Shown one piece after another: positions 11,967-20,600 of a stretch of 64,000 bases of DNA (its first letter is position 1; the number at the start of each line of letters is the position of its first letter). The stretch lies in assembly GCA_965207995.1 (NCBI GenBank), contig OZ242299.1, forward strand, positions 788,863 through 852,862, given 5' to 3'. Position numbers and translations under genes: made by a program. Below the pieces are notes generated by a model. It was not told the origin of the DNA and ran no database searches. It saw only the letters and a program-made list of their open reading frames with translations. The DNA is from Dehalococcoidia bacterium. Its GTDB lineage: Bacteria; Chloroflexota; Dehalococcoidia; SHYB01.

Positions 11967-12860
11967 ATGAGCAAGGTCGCGCTGATAACGGGAGCGAGCC
12001 GCGGCATCGGCAAGGCGATCTGCGCCCACCTCGCCCTCGAGGGCTTTTCGATCGCGGTGACGGCGCGGTCGGTGAGCGAGAACGACATGACGCCCTACCC
12101 CGGCACGATCCACGAGACGGCGGCGTTGGTGGAGTCGTTGGGCGGACGGGCGCTCCCCATCCGCTGCGACGTCGGCGATCCCGACGACATCGAAGGGGCC
12201 GTCGGGAAGACGCTGGAGGCGTTCGGGCGCCTCGACGTCATGATCAACAACGCGCGCTACGAGGGGCCGGCCAACTGGGAGAAGATCGAGGACCTCGAAT
12301 GGGACTTGATCAGCACGGCCATCGACTGCAACTTCAAGGCCCCGCTCATGTTCATGCGCTTGCTGATTCCGCAAATGGCGAAGCAGGGCGGCGGCCTCTT
12401 CATCAATGTCACGACCGGCATCGAGGGTCACCTGCCAAACCAGAACATGCCGGGGCAGGCGTCGACGAGCCTGCTCTACCCCAGCACCAAGGCCGGCCTG
12501 AACTGGACAACGATGCTCATCGCCAAGGAAGTCCGCGAGCACAACATCGCCGCGGTGGGCCTCCAGCCGGGGGCAACCCTGGTGGAGCGGGTGACCGTCT
12601 CCAAGGAGGCGGGCATGGGCTACAACCTGCCGCGCCGCCACTCGGTGCACATGCCGTGCGTCGTCGTCTCGCACCTAGCCACGCTGGCCGACCCCATGCC
12701 CTACAACGGGGAGATCATCGTGGCGCACGACTTCGCCCTGGAACACGGCCTGATGACCGAGGACGAGATCGCCCACCCCTTCAAAGAAGGCGAGGTCTAC
12801 GACGCCTACGCCGAGCCCTACTGGCTCGCCCTCCGCGAGGCCCGCGCCGGGCGGGGATAG
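11967..12860 (+). CDS. SDR-family oxidoreductase
   Basis: Start at MSKVALITGASRGIGKA (atg 11967, SD GGTGAGGAC). TGxxxGIG cofactor motif, NNAG-like segment, catalytic YPSTK (Y-x3-K); the track ORF's 5' extension overlaps the preceding gene and is discarded. Confidence 0.8.
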   Translation: MSKVALITGASRGIGKAICAHLALEGFSIAVTARSVSENDMTPYPGTIHETAALVESLGGRALPIRCDVGDPDDIEGAVGKTLEAFGRLDVMINNARYEGPANWEKIEDLEWDLISTAIDCNFKAPLMFMRLLIPQMAKQGGGLFINVTTGIEGHLPNQNMPGQASTSLLYPSTKAGLNWTTMLIAKEVREHNIAAVGLQPGATLVERVTVSKEAGMGYNLPRRHSVHMPCVVVSHLATLADPMPYNGEIIVAHDFALEHGLMTEDEIAHPFKEGEVYDAYAEPYWLALREARAGRG

Positions 12861-12870
12861 GGCGGAGAGC

Positions 12871-12940
12871 AGCGCCCTGTGGGCGCTCGCGCGCCTGGCG
12901 GCGCGCGCCCTCTCTCACATCTCCCCCAGAGGGGGAGAGG
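12871..12940. repeat. REP-like palindromic element, type A (second copy)
   Basis: AGCGCCCTGTGGGCGCTCGCGCGCCTGGCGGCGCGCGCCCTCTCTCACATCTCCCCCAGAGGGGGAGAGG, about 90% identical to 5637-5706, same orientation. Confidence 0.7.
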
Positions 12941-12993
12941 GAAGACCCACCCCCGCTCCACCCGCTTCCAACCATCGACGGGAGTCGTGCAAG

Positions 12994-13020
12994 ATCTCCT
13001 CTGGGAGAGGCTGAGAGGGC
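12994..13020. repeat. REP-like hairpin module (short variant: TCTCCTCTGGGAGAGGCTGAGAGGGC)
   Basis: Shares the CTC..CTGGGAG..GA-CTGAGAGGGC core with the other family members. Confidence 0.5.
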
Positions 13021-13064
13021 TCGCCGCAGGCACCAGGAGAGCGGCCCAAACCGGCTCCGAAATC

Positions 13065-13093
13065 TTGACCCTCGACAGGGGCGGTGCTAGAGT
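13065..13093 (+). promoter_or_regulatory. candidate promoter for etfBA (TTGACC-17-TAGAGT)
   Basis: Hexamers read directly, about 100 nt upstream of the etfB start; weak -10. Confidence 0.25.
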
Positions 13094-13192
13094 ACACGGC
13101 GGTTCCGCAAGGCCTTCGCTGGGCGCACGTTTCGGCCCAGCGTTCTTTGTGTAAAGGCCCGAAAAAGTGACATCCCGGAAAGAGGCCGCCGC

Positions 13193-13993
13193 ATGAACAT
13201 CGTGTGCTTCGCCAAGCAGGTCATGGACCCCGAGACCCCCATGGTGAGCTTCAAGATCGACGAGGCCAACAACAAGGTCATGCCCGTGCAGGGCGTGGCG
13301 CCCGTGGTCAATGGATTCGACGAGAACGCTATCGAGGCCGCCCTGCAGCTCCGCGAGGAGCACGAGGGCACGATCCGCGTCGTCAGCCTGGGCAAGGAGC
13401 TGGTGCTCGACGTGATCAAGAAGCCGCTCTCGATGGGAGCGGACGAGCTCTATCTGCTGCAGGACGACGCCCTTGAAGAGGGCGACGCCTACTCGATCGC
13501 CCGCGCCCTCGCGGCGGCGGTGACCAAGCTCGGCGAGTACGACCTCATCCTCTGCGGGAGGCAGGCATCCGACACCGACCGCGGGCAGGTCGGCCCGGCC
13601 GTGGCCGCGCTGCTCGGCATCCCGGTGATCACCCTGGCGCGCGGCGTCAAGGTCGAAGACGGCAAGGTGATCGTCGAGCGGGTACGGCAGGACGGCAGCG
13701 AGATCGCCGAGGCGCCGCTTCCCGCAGTGGTGACGGTGAGCAACGAGTTCGGCGAGCCCCGCTACCCCACCCTCCGCGGCATCATGCAGGCGGGCCGCAA
13801 GAAGCCGACGGTGTGGACCGCCGAGGACATCGGCGTCGACACCGGCAGCGTCGGCGCGAGCGGCCGCGTGGTCGACCTCGACCGGCTCTTCATCCCCGTC
13901 GTCGAGAAGAACGTCGAGTGGATCGACGGCGACAACGGCGCGGAGAAGGGCCGCAACCTGGCGCTGAAGCTGCGCGAGGCCAAGCTCATCTAA
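13193..13993 (+). CDS. etfB: electron transfer flavoprotein beta subunit
   Basis: 266 aa; MNIVCFAKQV… N-terminus and overall ETF-beta signature; directly followed by etfA. Confidence 0.85.
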   Translation: MNIVCFAKQVMDPETPMVSFKIDEANNKVMPVQGVAPVVNGFDENAIEAALQLREEHEGTIRVVSLGKELVLDVIKKPLSMGADELYLLQDDALEEGDAYSIARALAAAVTKLGEYDLILCGRQASDTDRGQVGPAVAALLGIPVITLARGVKVEDGKVIVERVRQDGSEIAEAPLPAVVTVSNEFGEPRYPTLRGIMQAGRKKPTVWTAEDIGVDTGSVGASGRVVDLDRLFIPVVEKNVEWIDGDNGAEKGRNLALKLREAKLI

Positions 13994-14028
13994 CCCGACT
14001 TTATCTGAACGACAGGAGCAAGCGAACG

Positions 14029-15009
14029 ATGGCGGACAACCAGGGCATTCTCGTATTCGCGGAGGTCTCCGACGGCAAGCTCCTCGGCGTGGCCAAGGAA
14101 GGCGTCGCCGTAGCGCGGTCGCTGGCCGCCGGAGGCGACGTCTCCGCGATCATCATCGGCAGCACCGGCGACCTCGGCGCCGAGCTCATCGCCGCCAGCG
14201 CCGACAAGGTGCTGACCTTCGAAAACGCCGACCTCGCGTCCTACCAGCCGGACGCCTACGCCCAGGTGATGCTCCAGGCCGTCGAGGCCGTCTCACCCAA
14301 GGTCGTCATCATCGGCCAGACCGACGTGGGCCGCGACCTCGCCCCGAAGATCGCCTTCAAGCTCGGCGCGAGCCTGACCATGGACTCGGTCAACGTCACC
14401 ATGGACGGCGGCACGCTGAAGGCCACGAAGCCCGTCTACGGCGGCAACGCCCAGGCCACCTACGCCTCGGACGCGGCCCTGCACGTGGTGACGGTGCGCG
14501 TGAAGGCCTTCGAGCCGCTCCCACCGGACAGCGGGCGCAGCGGCAGCGTCGAGGCCCTCGACGCCACCGTCGACGAGTCGGCGGTGCAGGTCCGCATCAC
14601 CGAGGTGAAGAAGCAGAAGTCGGAGGGCGTGCGCCTCGAGGACGCCGACGTGGTCGTCTCCGGCGGGCGCGGCTTCGGCGGGCCCGACCCGTTCGAGGAC
14701 CTGCAGGCGCTTGCCGATGCGCTGGGCGGCGCCATGGGCGCGAGCCGCGCCGTCTGCGACGCGGGCTGGCTGCCCCACTCCTACCAGGTGGGACTGACCG
14801 GCAAGACGGTAACGCCCGACCTCTACATCGCCTTCGCCATTTCCGGGGCCAGCCAGCACATGGCGGGCTGCTCCGGCTCGAAGAACATCGTCGCCATCAA
14901 CAAGGACGCCGACGCGAACATCTTCCAGGAGGCGCGTTACGGCGTCGTCGGTGAGTGGGAGGACATCCTGCCCGCCTTCACCGACATGGTCCGCGAGCTC
15001 AAAGGCTAG
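14029..15009 (+). CDS. etfA: electron transfer flavoprotein alpha subunit
   Basis: Start at [13 protein letters not shown] (atg 14029, AGGAG 11 nt upstream). FAD-binding C-terminal domain (…[14 protein letters not shown]…[11 protein letters not shown]…); track ORF starts inside etfB. Confidence 0.85.
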   Translation: MADNQGILVFAEVSDGKLLGVAKEGVAVARSLAAGGDVSAIIIGSTGDLGAELIAASADKVLTFENADLASYQPDAYAQVMLQAVEAVSPKVVIIGQTDVGRDLAPKIAFKLGASLTMDSVNVTMDGGTLKATKPVYGGNAQATYASDAALHVVTVRVKAFEPLPPDSGRSGSVEALDATVDESAVQVRITEVKKQKSEGVRLEDADVVVSGGRGFGGPDPFEDLQALADALGGAMGASRAVCDAGWLPHSYQVGLTGKTVTPDLYIAFAISGASQHMAGCSGSKNIVAINKDADANIFQEARYGVVGEWEDILPAFTDMVRELKG

Positions 15010-15079
15010 GGCGCGCCGCCGGGAGCAGCGCAGGGGCGCGTCGAGGCGCCGGCCAAGGCCGCGCGCCGGAAGGGACGCG

Positions 15080-15505
15080 ATGGACCTCCAGGAGGTCTTT
15101 CAGCAGATCGAGTCGGCGGAAGTCATCTGCTTCCACTTCCCCTACCTGCGCAAGACGCTGATCGTCGACCCGCGCGCCGACGTCGAAGACCCGCCGCTGG
15201 TGAAGCTCGTGCCGATGGCGAAGTCGGCCGAGGAGCGCCTGCGCAGCCTCCGCACGCTGCGGCCCCGCTTCCCGAAGCCGGAGAAGGTCGTCATCGTGCC
15301 TTGGCCTCGCTACGTGGAGAGTCTGGAGAACCTCGGCGTCTGGCCGAAGCTCGTGGGCCGCGTGGCCACCGAGGGCCACCCCGAGCTCTCGAAGACGTTC
15401 GACGAGGTGATGGTGGAGCTGCGCCAGTTGGAGACGGCCGAGTTCGCCGCCGCCATCACCGGCAAGCAGTACCACACCATCTGGGAAGCCCCCAAGGACG
15501 AGTAG
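15080..15505 (+). CDS. hypothetical protein (141 aa) between etfA and cinA
   Basis: Start at MDLQEVFQQIESAEV (atg 15080). Normal amino-acid composition, same strand and tight spacing as flanking genes; no recognisable domain. Confidence 0.5.
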   Translation: MDLQEVFQQIESAEVICFHFPYLRKTLIVDPRADVEDPPLVKLVPMAKSAEERLRSLRTLRPRFPKPEKVVIVPWPRYVESLENLGVWPKLVGRVATEGHPELSKTFDEVMVELRQLETAEFAAAITGKQYHTIWEAPKDE

Positions 15506-15525
15506 CCGCCGCGCGGCCTCCTCCC

Positions 15526-16776
15526 ATGAAAGCCGAGATCATCTCCATCGGCACCGAGCTGCTGCTCGGTGAGATCGTCGACCTCAACTCGCCCTATCTC
15601 GCTGGCGAGCTGCCCAAGATCGGCGTCGACGTCTATCACATACAGTCCATCGGCGACAACATGGACCGGCTGCTCGACAGCCTCCGCCGGGGCATGGAGC
15701 GTTCCGACCTCGTCCTCATGACCGGCGGGCTGGGCCCCACCGACGACGACCTCACCCGCGCCGCCGTCGCCCGCCTCCTCGGCGAGGAGCTTTACGTCGA
15801 TCCGGAGCTCGAGGCGCAGGTCCGCTCCTTCTTCGGTAACCGCGGCATGAACATGCCCGAGAACAACATCAAGCAGGCCATGCTCATTCCCTCCGCCTCG
15901 GCCATTTCCAACCCGATGGGCACCGCGCCCGGCTGGTGGACGCAGAAGAACGGCAAGGTGCTCGTCTCGATGCCCGGGCCGCCGCGCGAGCTGCGTCACA
16001 TGTGGGAGAACGAGGTCCGTCCCCGTCTCCGCGACATGGTCGGCGGCGGCCTGCTGGTCTCGCGCACCTTGAAGATCACCGGCATCTCCGAGGGCGGCGT
16101 CGACGAGATGTGCGGCGACCTGCTCAAGGCCGCCAATCCCAGCATCGGCGTCTACTCGCGCCCCGACGGCATCCACGTCCGCATCGCGGCCAAGGCCATG
16201 AACGAGGGGGAGGCCGAGGCCCTCATCGGCCCCGTCGAGGCCGAGCTCCGCGGGCGGTTCGGCGAGCATCTCTGGGGCGTCGACGACGAGACGATGCAGG
16301 AGCACGTTGGGAAGCTGCTTGTCGAGCGCGGACTCACCCTCGCCACAATGGAGTCGCTCACCGGCGGGCTGCTCGGCGACACCATCACCAACGTCCCGGG
16401 AAGCTCGCGCTACTACCGGGGCGGCATCGTCGCCTATCAGACCGAGATGAAGATCAAGTACGGCGTCTCCCGCGAGACCATCGAGCGGCACGGGGCGGTG
16501 AGCGAAGAGACGGCGATCGAAATGGCCCAGGCGGCGCGGCGCGAGCTGGGCGCCGACGTGGGCATCGGCGTTACCGGCGTCGCCGGCCCCACCGAGCAGG
16601 AGGGCCGCCCCGTGGGCACCGCCTACATGGCCGTCGCCGACGCCGGGAAGCACGCCACGCACTACGGCAAGTACCCCGGCCGACGCGGCGACATCAAGAC
16701 CCGCGTCGTCACCAACGCCCTCTTCTACACCCGCATGCTCATCCTGGGGAAGGAAGCGCCCACGTACCGGCGCTGA
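15526..16776 (+). CDS. cinA: CinA-family competence/damage-inducible protein (nicotinamide-nucleotide amidohydrolase PncC-like)
   Basis: Start at MKAEIISIGTELLLGEIVD (atg 15526). N-terminal MoCF-biosynthesis-like domain plus C-terminal CinA domain (…MESLTGGLLGDTIT…). Confidence 0.85.
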   Translation: MKAEIISIGTELLLGEIVDLNSPYLAGELPKIGVDVYHIQSIGDNMDRLLDSLRRGMERSDLVLMTGGLGPTDDDLTRAAVARLLGEELYVDPELEAQVRSFFGNRGMNMPENNIKQAMLIPSASAISNPMGTAPGWWTQKNGKVLVSMPGPPRELRHMWENEVRPRLRDMVGGGLLVSRTLKITGISEGGVDEMCGDLLKAANPSIGVYSRPDGIHVRIAAKAMNEGEAEALIGPVEAELRGRFGEHLWGVDDETMQEHVGKLLVERGLTLATMESLTGGLLGDTITNVPGSSRYYRGGIVAYQTEMKIKYGVSRETIERHGAVSEETAIEMAQAARRELGADVGIGVTGVAGPTEQEGRPVGTAYMAVADAGKHATHYGKYPGRRGDIKTRVVTNALFYTRMLILGKEAPTYRR

Positions 16777-16778
16777 TC

Positions 16779-17591
16779 ATGGCCCAAGGCAGGACCGCCT
16801 TCGTCGAGGTCAACGGCGCCCGCATCCACTACGAGCTGGCCGGCGAGGGCGACGCCGTCATCTTCGTCCACGGCTTCCCCTTCGACCTCGGCATGTGGGA
16901 GCCGCAGGTCCCCGAGTTCTCCCGCCGCTTCCGCACCCTTCGCTACGACGCCCGGGGCTTCGGGCGCTCCTCGCTCCCCGGGGCCGTGCCCTACGGCCAC
17001 TACCACGACCTCGCCGCCCTGATCGAGCGCTTCGACCTGGCGCCCGCCCATGTCGTCGGACTCTCCCGTGGCGGTTCCATCGTGCTCAACTTTGCCCTCA
17101 CCTACCCCCGGCTCCTGCGCAAGCTCGTCCTCGCCGGCGCGTCGCCGGGACCGACCCAAGCGCATAAGCTCCACGACTCGGCCCCGAATGAGGGCTACCA
17201 GCAATTGCTCGACGTGGCGCGTGAGCAGGGCATCGACGCCGCCAAGGCCCTCTACCTCCAGTCAGGCATCTTCGCCGCGGCGCAGGACAACCCCGACGCC
17301 CTCGGCATGGTCAACCGCATGCTGGACGACTACTCCGGCTGGCACTTCGTCAACGACGATCCCCACATCGACCTCGATCCCCCGGCCCACGAGCGCCTCG
17401 CCGAGATCGCCGCCCCCACCCTCGCCATCGTCGGCGGACGCGACGTCGAGCTCTTTCACACCCTCGCGGGCATGGTGGAACGAGACGCGCCCAACGCGCG
17501 CAAGGCCGTCATCCCGGACGTTGGCCACATGGTCAACGCCGAGGCGCCCGAGGCGTTCAACCGCCTCGTCCTCGACTTCCTCGAAGCGTAG
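16779..17591 (+). CDS. alpha/beta hydrolase
   Basis: Start at MAQGRTAFVEVNG (atg 16779, 2 nt after the cinA stop). HGFPFD and GLSRGG (G-x-S-x-G nucleophile elbow) motifs. Confidence 0.75.
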   Translation: MAQGRTAFVEVNGARIHYELAGEGDAVIFVHGFPFDLGMWEPQVPEFSRRFRTLRYDARGFGRSSLPGAVPYGHYHDLAALIERFDLAPAHVVGLSRGGSIVLNFALTYPRLLRKLVLAGASPGPTQAHKLHDSAPNEGYQQLLDVAREQGIDAAKALYLQSGIFAAAQDNPDALGMVNRMLDDYSGWHFVNDDPHIDLDPPAHERLAEIAAPTLAIVGGRDVELFHTLAGMVERDAPNARKAVIPDVGHMVNAEAPEAFNRLVLDFLEA

Positions 17592-17608
17592 AGGTGCGCG
17601 GACGCTAT

Positions 17609-17624
17609 AGGTCTAGCTAGACCT
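17609..17624. terminator. perfect 16-bp palindrome AGGTCTAGCTAGACCT between convergent gene ends (possible bidirectional terminator hairpin)
   Basis: Read directly; overlaps the stop codon of the giant minus-strand gene and lies 18 nt after the stop of the plus-strand hydrolase gene; no U-tract. Confidence 0.25.
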
Positions 17625-20600
17625 CTTCGCCGTCGACGTCGATGTCGAACAGGCCGTCCTGGCCGTCGTAGCCCACCGCGACGTAGTAGAGGCCCGTGCT
17701 CGCCGGTTGGTAGACGACGGTGACACTCGAACCGCTGCCGCTGGAAGTGCCGGCGATCAGGTCGCCGTTGCTGTCGTAGATTCCGACGATCTTGACCTGT
17801 GTCGCGCGGTGCTTCTCCGGGACTTCGGCGCGCTCCGAGACCACCACGGTGTACTCGTATCCCTGGTCCATCTCGACCTTGAACCAGTCCTCGTCGCGGT
17901 CGTCGCCGTTCATGTCCCCAAGGAAGCCGCCGCTCGGGCCGTAGCCGTTGTGCTTGCTGGGGGCGGTGTACAGCTTACGAAGCGTGCTCGTGTCCCCGGG
18001 CGTGTCAAGGTCGCCGTAGCCGTCGGGCCCACCGGCATAGGGGTACCTCCGCTCGCCCTCGTACATCATGCAGATGTTGTTGACGCGGACCTTGATCTGG
18101 TACGTGCCGGTGCCGCCGCTTCCTCCAACCTCGATCCGGAAGGGGCCGGGGCTGCCCCACCACCAGCCTCCCAGGCTGTTCTCCCCGTAGCCACTGTCGG
18201 AGACGTGTGGGCTGTATTTGGCCCCCTCCGTCCCTTCCACGGCCTGAACGGAGATGAGTTCGGGATCGGCGAGGGTGAGGTTGCCAGGATGGGTGTCCCG
18301 GCCCAGCATGTCGCGGCCGTCCACGCCGATGACCTCGATGATGTAGTGCCGGTAGGGATCCGGGTCGAAGGTCCAGAAGGCCTTTTCGCCCGCTTGGGTG
18401 ATCTCGCCTATTTCGTCCAAGATGATGATCTCAGTGGCCAGGTTGTCGCACTCGGCGTTCGCCAGGGTGACCACCGCCGTACCGGGATCTCCAAGGACGA
18501 CCCCACTGGGCAGCGGCGTCTTGAAGCCGAGCCGCACCTTCTCGCCGCTGTCCTCGACGTTGTCGTCGAAGGCGACCACGGTGAAGGACTTTTCGTCCTC
18601 TCCCTGGTTGAAGGTCAGCGTCGTTGGCGCGCCCGACCAGTCTTCGGGAACGGCGCCCGCCATCGCCTCCGCGGTCACTTCGATGACCAGCCGCGACGGG
18701 GCCGGCTGGCTTAGGTGCACGACGACCGTGGCGTCTTCGCCGCCCTCGGTGGCCATGTACATATCGGAGCTGAAATAGACCTCGGTCTCGTCGTCGATGA
18801 CGGTGATGTTGACACTGCCCACGCTGATGCCGCTGTAGTCGGTGTCCGTGGAGGCCGCCGAGTGGGTGATGGTGGCCCTCTCCGCCAGCGCGTCGTCGTC
18901 CTGCTCGCCCGAAACCGTCACCGTCTGCTCGTCGTCCCAGTTGGAGTCGGTGAAGGTGAGCTCCGTCTCGTCGACGGATACGTTGGAGCTGCCCGACTTG
19001 GTGATGGTGATGACTACGTTGGCCGTGGGCTGCGAGGTCAGCACCACCGTGTAGGTGTTGCTGCTCCCCTCGTTGATCGTCAGCGAGGTCTGGGAGACCT
19101 TCACGCTCGCCCCGTCGTCGTCGTTGATGGAGATAACCGTCTCGTCGGGCGACACCGCGTCTACCCGGTCCAGCGTACTGGTGTCGAAGCTCAACTTCAC
19201 CGATTCTCCGTCGTCGTCCAGGCTGTCGTCGGTGGCGATGAAGTCGACGATGACTTCGGTCTCCCCGGTCTGGAAGGTCACGTTGTTCCCCAGGGGCGTG
19301 TAGTCGTTGCTGCTCGCGTCGTCCTGCTCGGTGGTGATGAGGGGGATGATCACCTGCCGCTCGGGGTCGGCGTTCAGCTTCACCTTGACCTCGACCGTGC
19401 TCCCCTCGTTGACGGAGTAACTGTCCAGCTCGAAGCTCACCTCGACGAACGGGTCGTCGTCGTCGTCGATACGGACCGTCGCCGCGTTCGTGGCCCCCTC
19501 GCTGACTCGGTCCGGGAAGTCGCCGGTATTGAACCTGAGCAGCACCGACTCGTTGTCGTCGTCCACCTCGTCATGTTCCGCTACGAAGGTGATGGTCTTC
19601 TCTGTCTCGCCACTCTCGAAGGTCACCTCTTGGGGCACCGCGTAGTCGGAGGCGCTTGCGCCGCCCTGCTCGCTCGCCGTGATGGAAACGACGACTTGCC
19701 GCTCGGGATCGGCGTTCAGCTTCACCTTCACCGCGACCTCGTTCTCCGCGACGTTGGGGGTGCTCGTATCGTCACTCTCCGCCACGTTGTACGTCGCCTG
19801 CCCGAAGCTCACCTCGACGGGCGGGTCGTCGTCGTCGTCGATGCTGACCGTCGTCTCGGGCGTTGCTCCCACTTCGACCCGGTCCAGCGAGCTGGTGTCA
19901 AAGCCCAGCTTCACCGACTCATCATCGTCGTCCACCGTGTCGTGGACCGCGGTGAAGGTGAAGGTCTTCTCCGTCTCCCCGTCCTCGAAGGTCACGTCGG
20001 CGGGCACGGTGAAGTCCCCGTCGCTCGCCCCGCCTTGCTTCAACTTGGTGATGGGGATGATCACCCGGCGCTCGGGATCGGCGCTCAGCTTCACCGTCAC
20101 CGTGACCTCGTTCTCCGCGACGTTGGTGGTGGTCGGATCGTCGCTCTCCGCAACTGAGTAGTCGGCTAGCTCGAAGTACACCGCCACGTGAGGGTCGTCG
20201 TCATCGTCAATGCTGACCGTCGTCTCGGCCGGGCTGCCATCGCTGACCCGGTCCAGCGAGCTGGTGTCGAAGCCCAGCTTCACCGACTCATCGTCGTCGT
20301 CCACCGTGTCCTCGACCGCGGTGAAGGTGAAGGTCTTTTCCGTCTCTCCGTCCTCGAAGGTCACGTTGGCGGGCACGGTGAAGTCCCCGTCGATCGCCCC
20401 GCCTTGCTTGGCCTTGGTGATGGGGATGATGACCTGCCGCTCAGGGTCGGCGCTCAGCTTCACCGTCACCGTGAGGTCGTCGCCCTCGTTGACGCTGTAG
20501 GCGTCGAGCTCGAAGCTGACCTCAACGGGCGGCACGTCGTCGTCGTTGATGGAGATCGTCGTTTCGACCACGGTCCCATCGCTGACGCTGTCTAACTCAC

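Noticed and set aside
11117-12674. minus-strand ORFs 11117..12088 and 11919..12674 opposite the crotonase and SDR genes
   Set aside because: Antisense artefacts; plus-strand genes have canonical motifs and SD sequences.
15310-16662. 450-aa minus-strand ORF antisense to cinA
   Set aside because: CinA motifs on the plus strand; antisense ORF is low-complexity.
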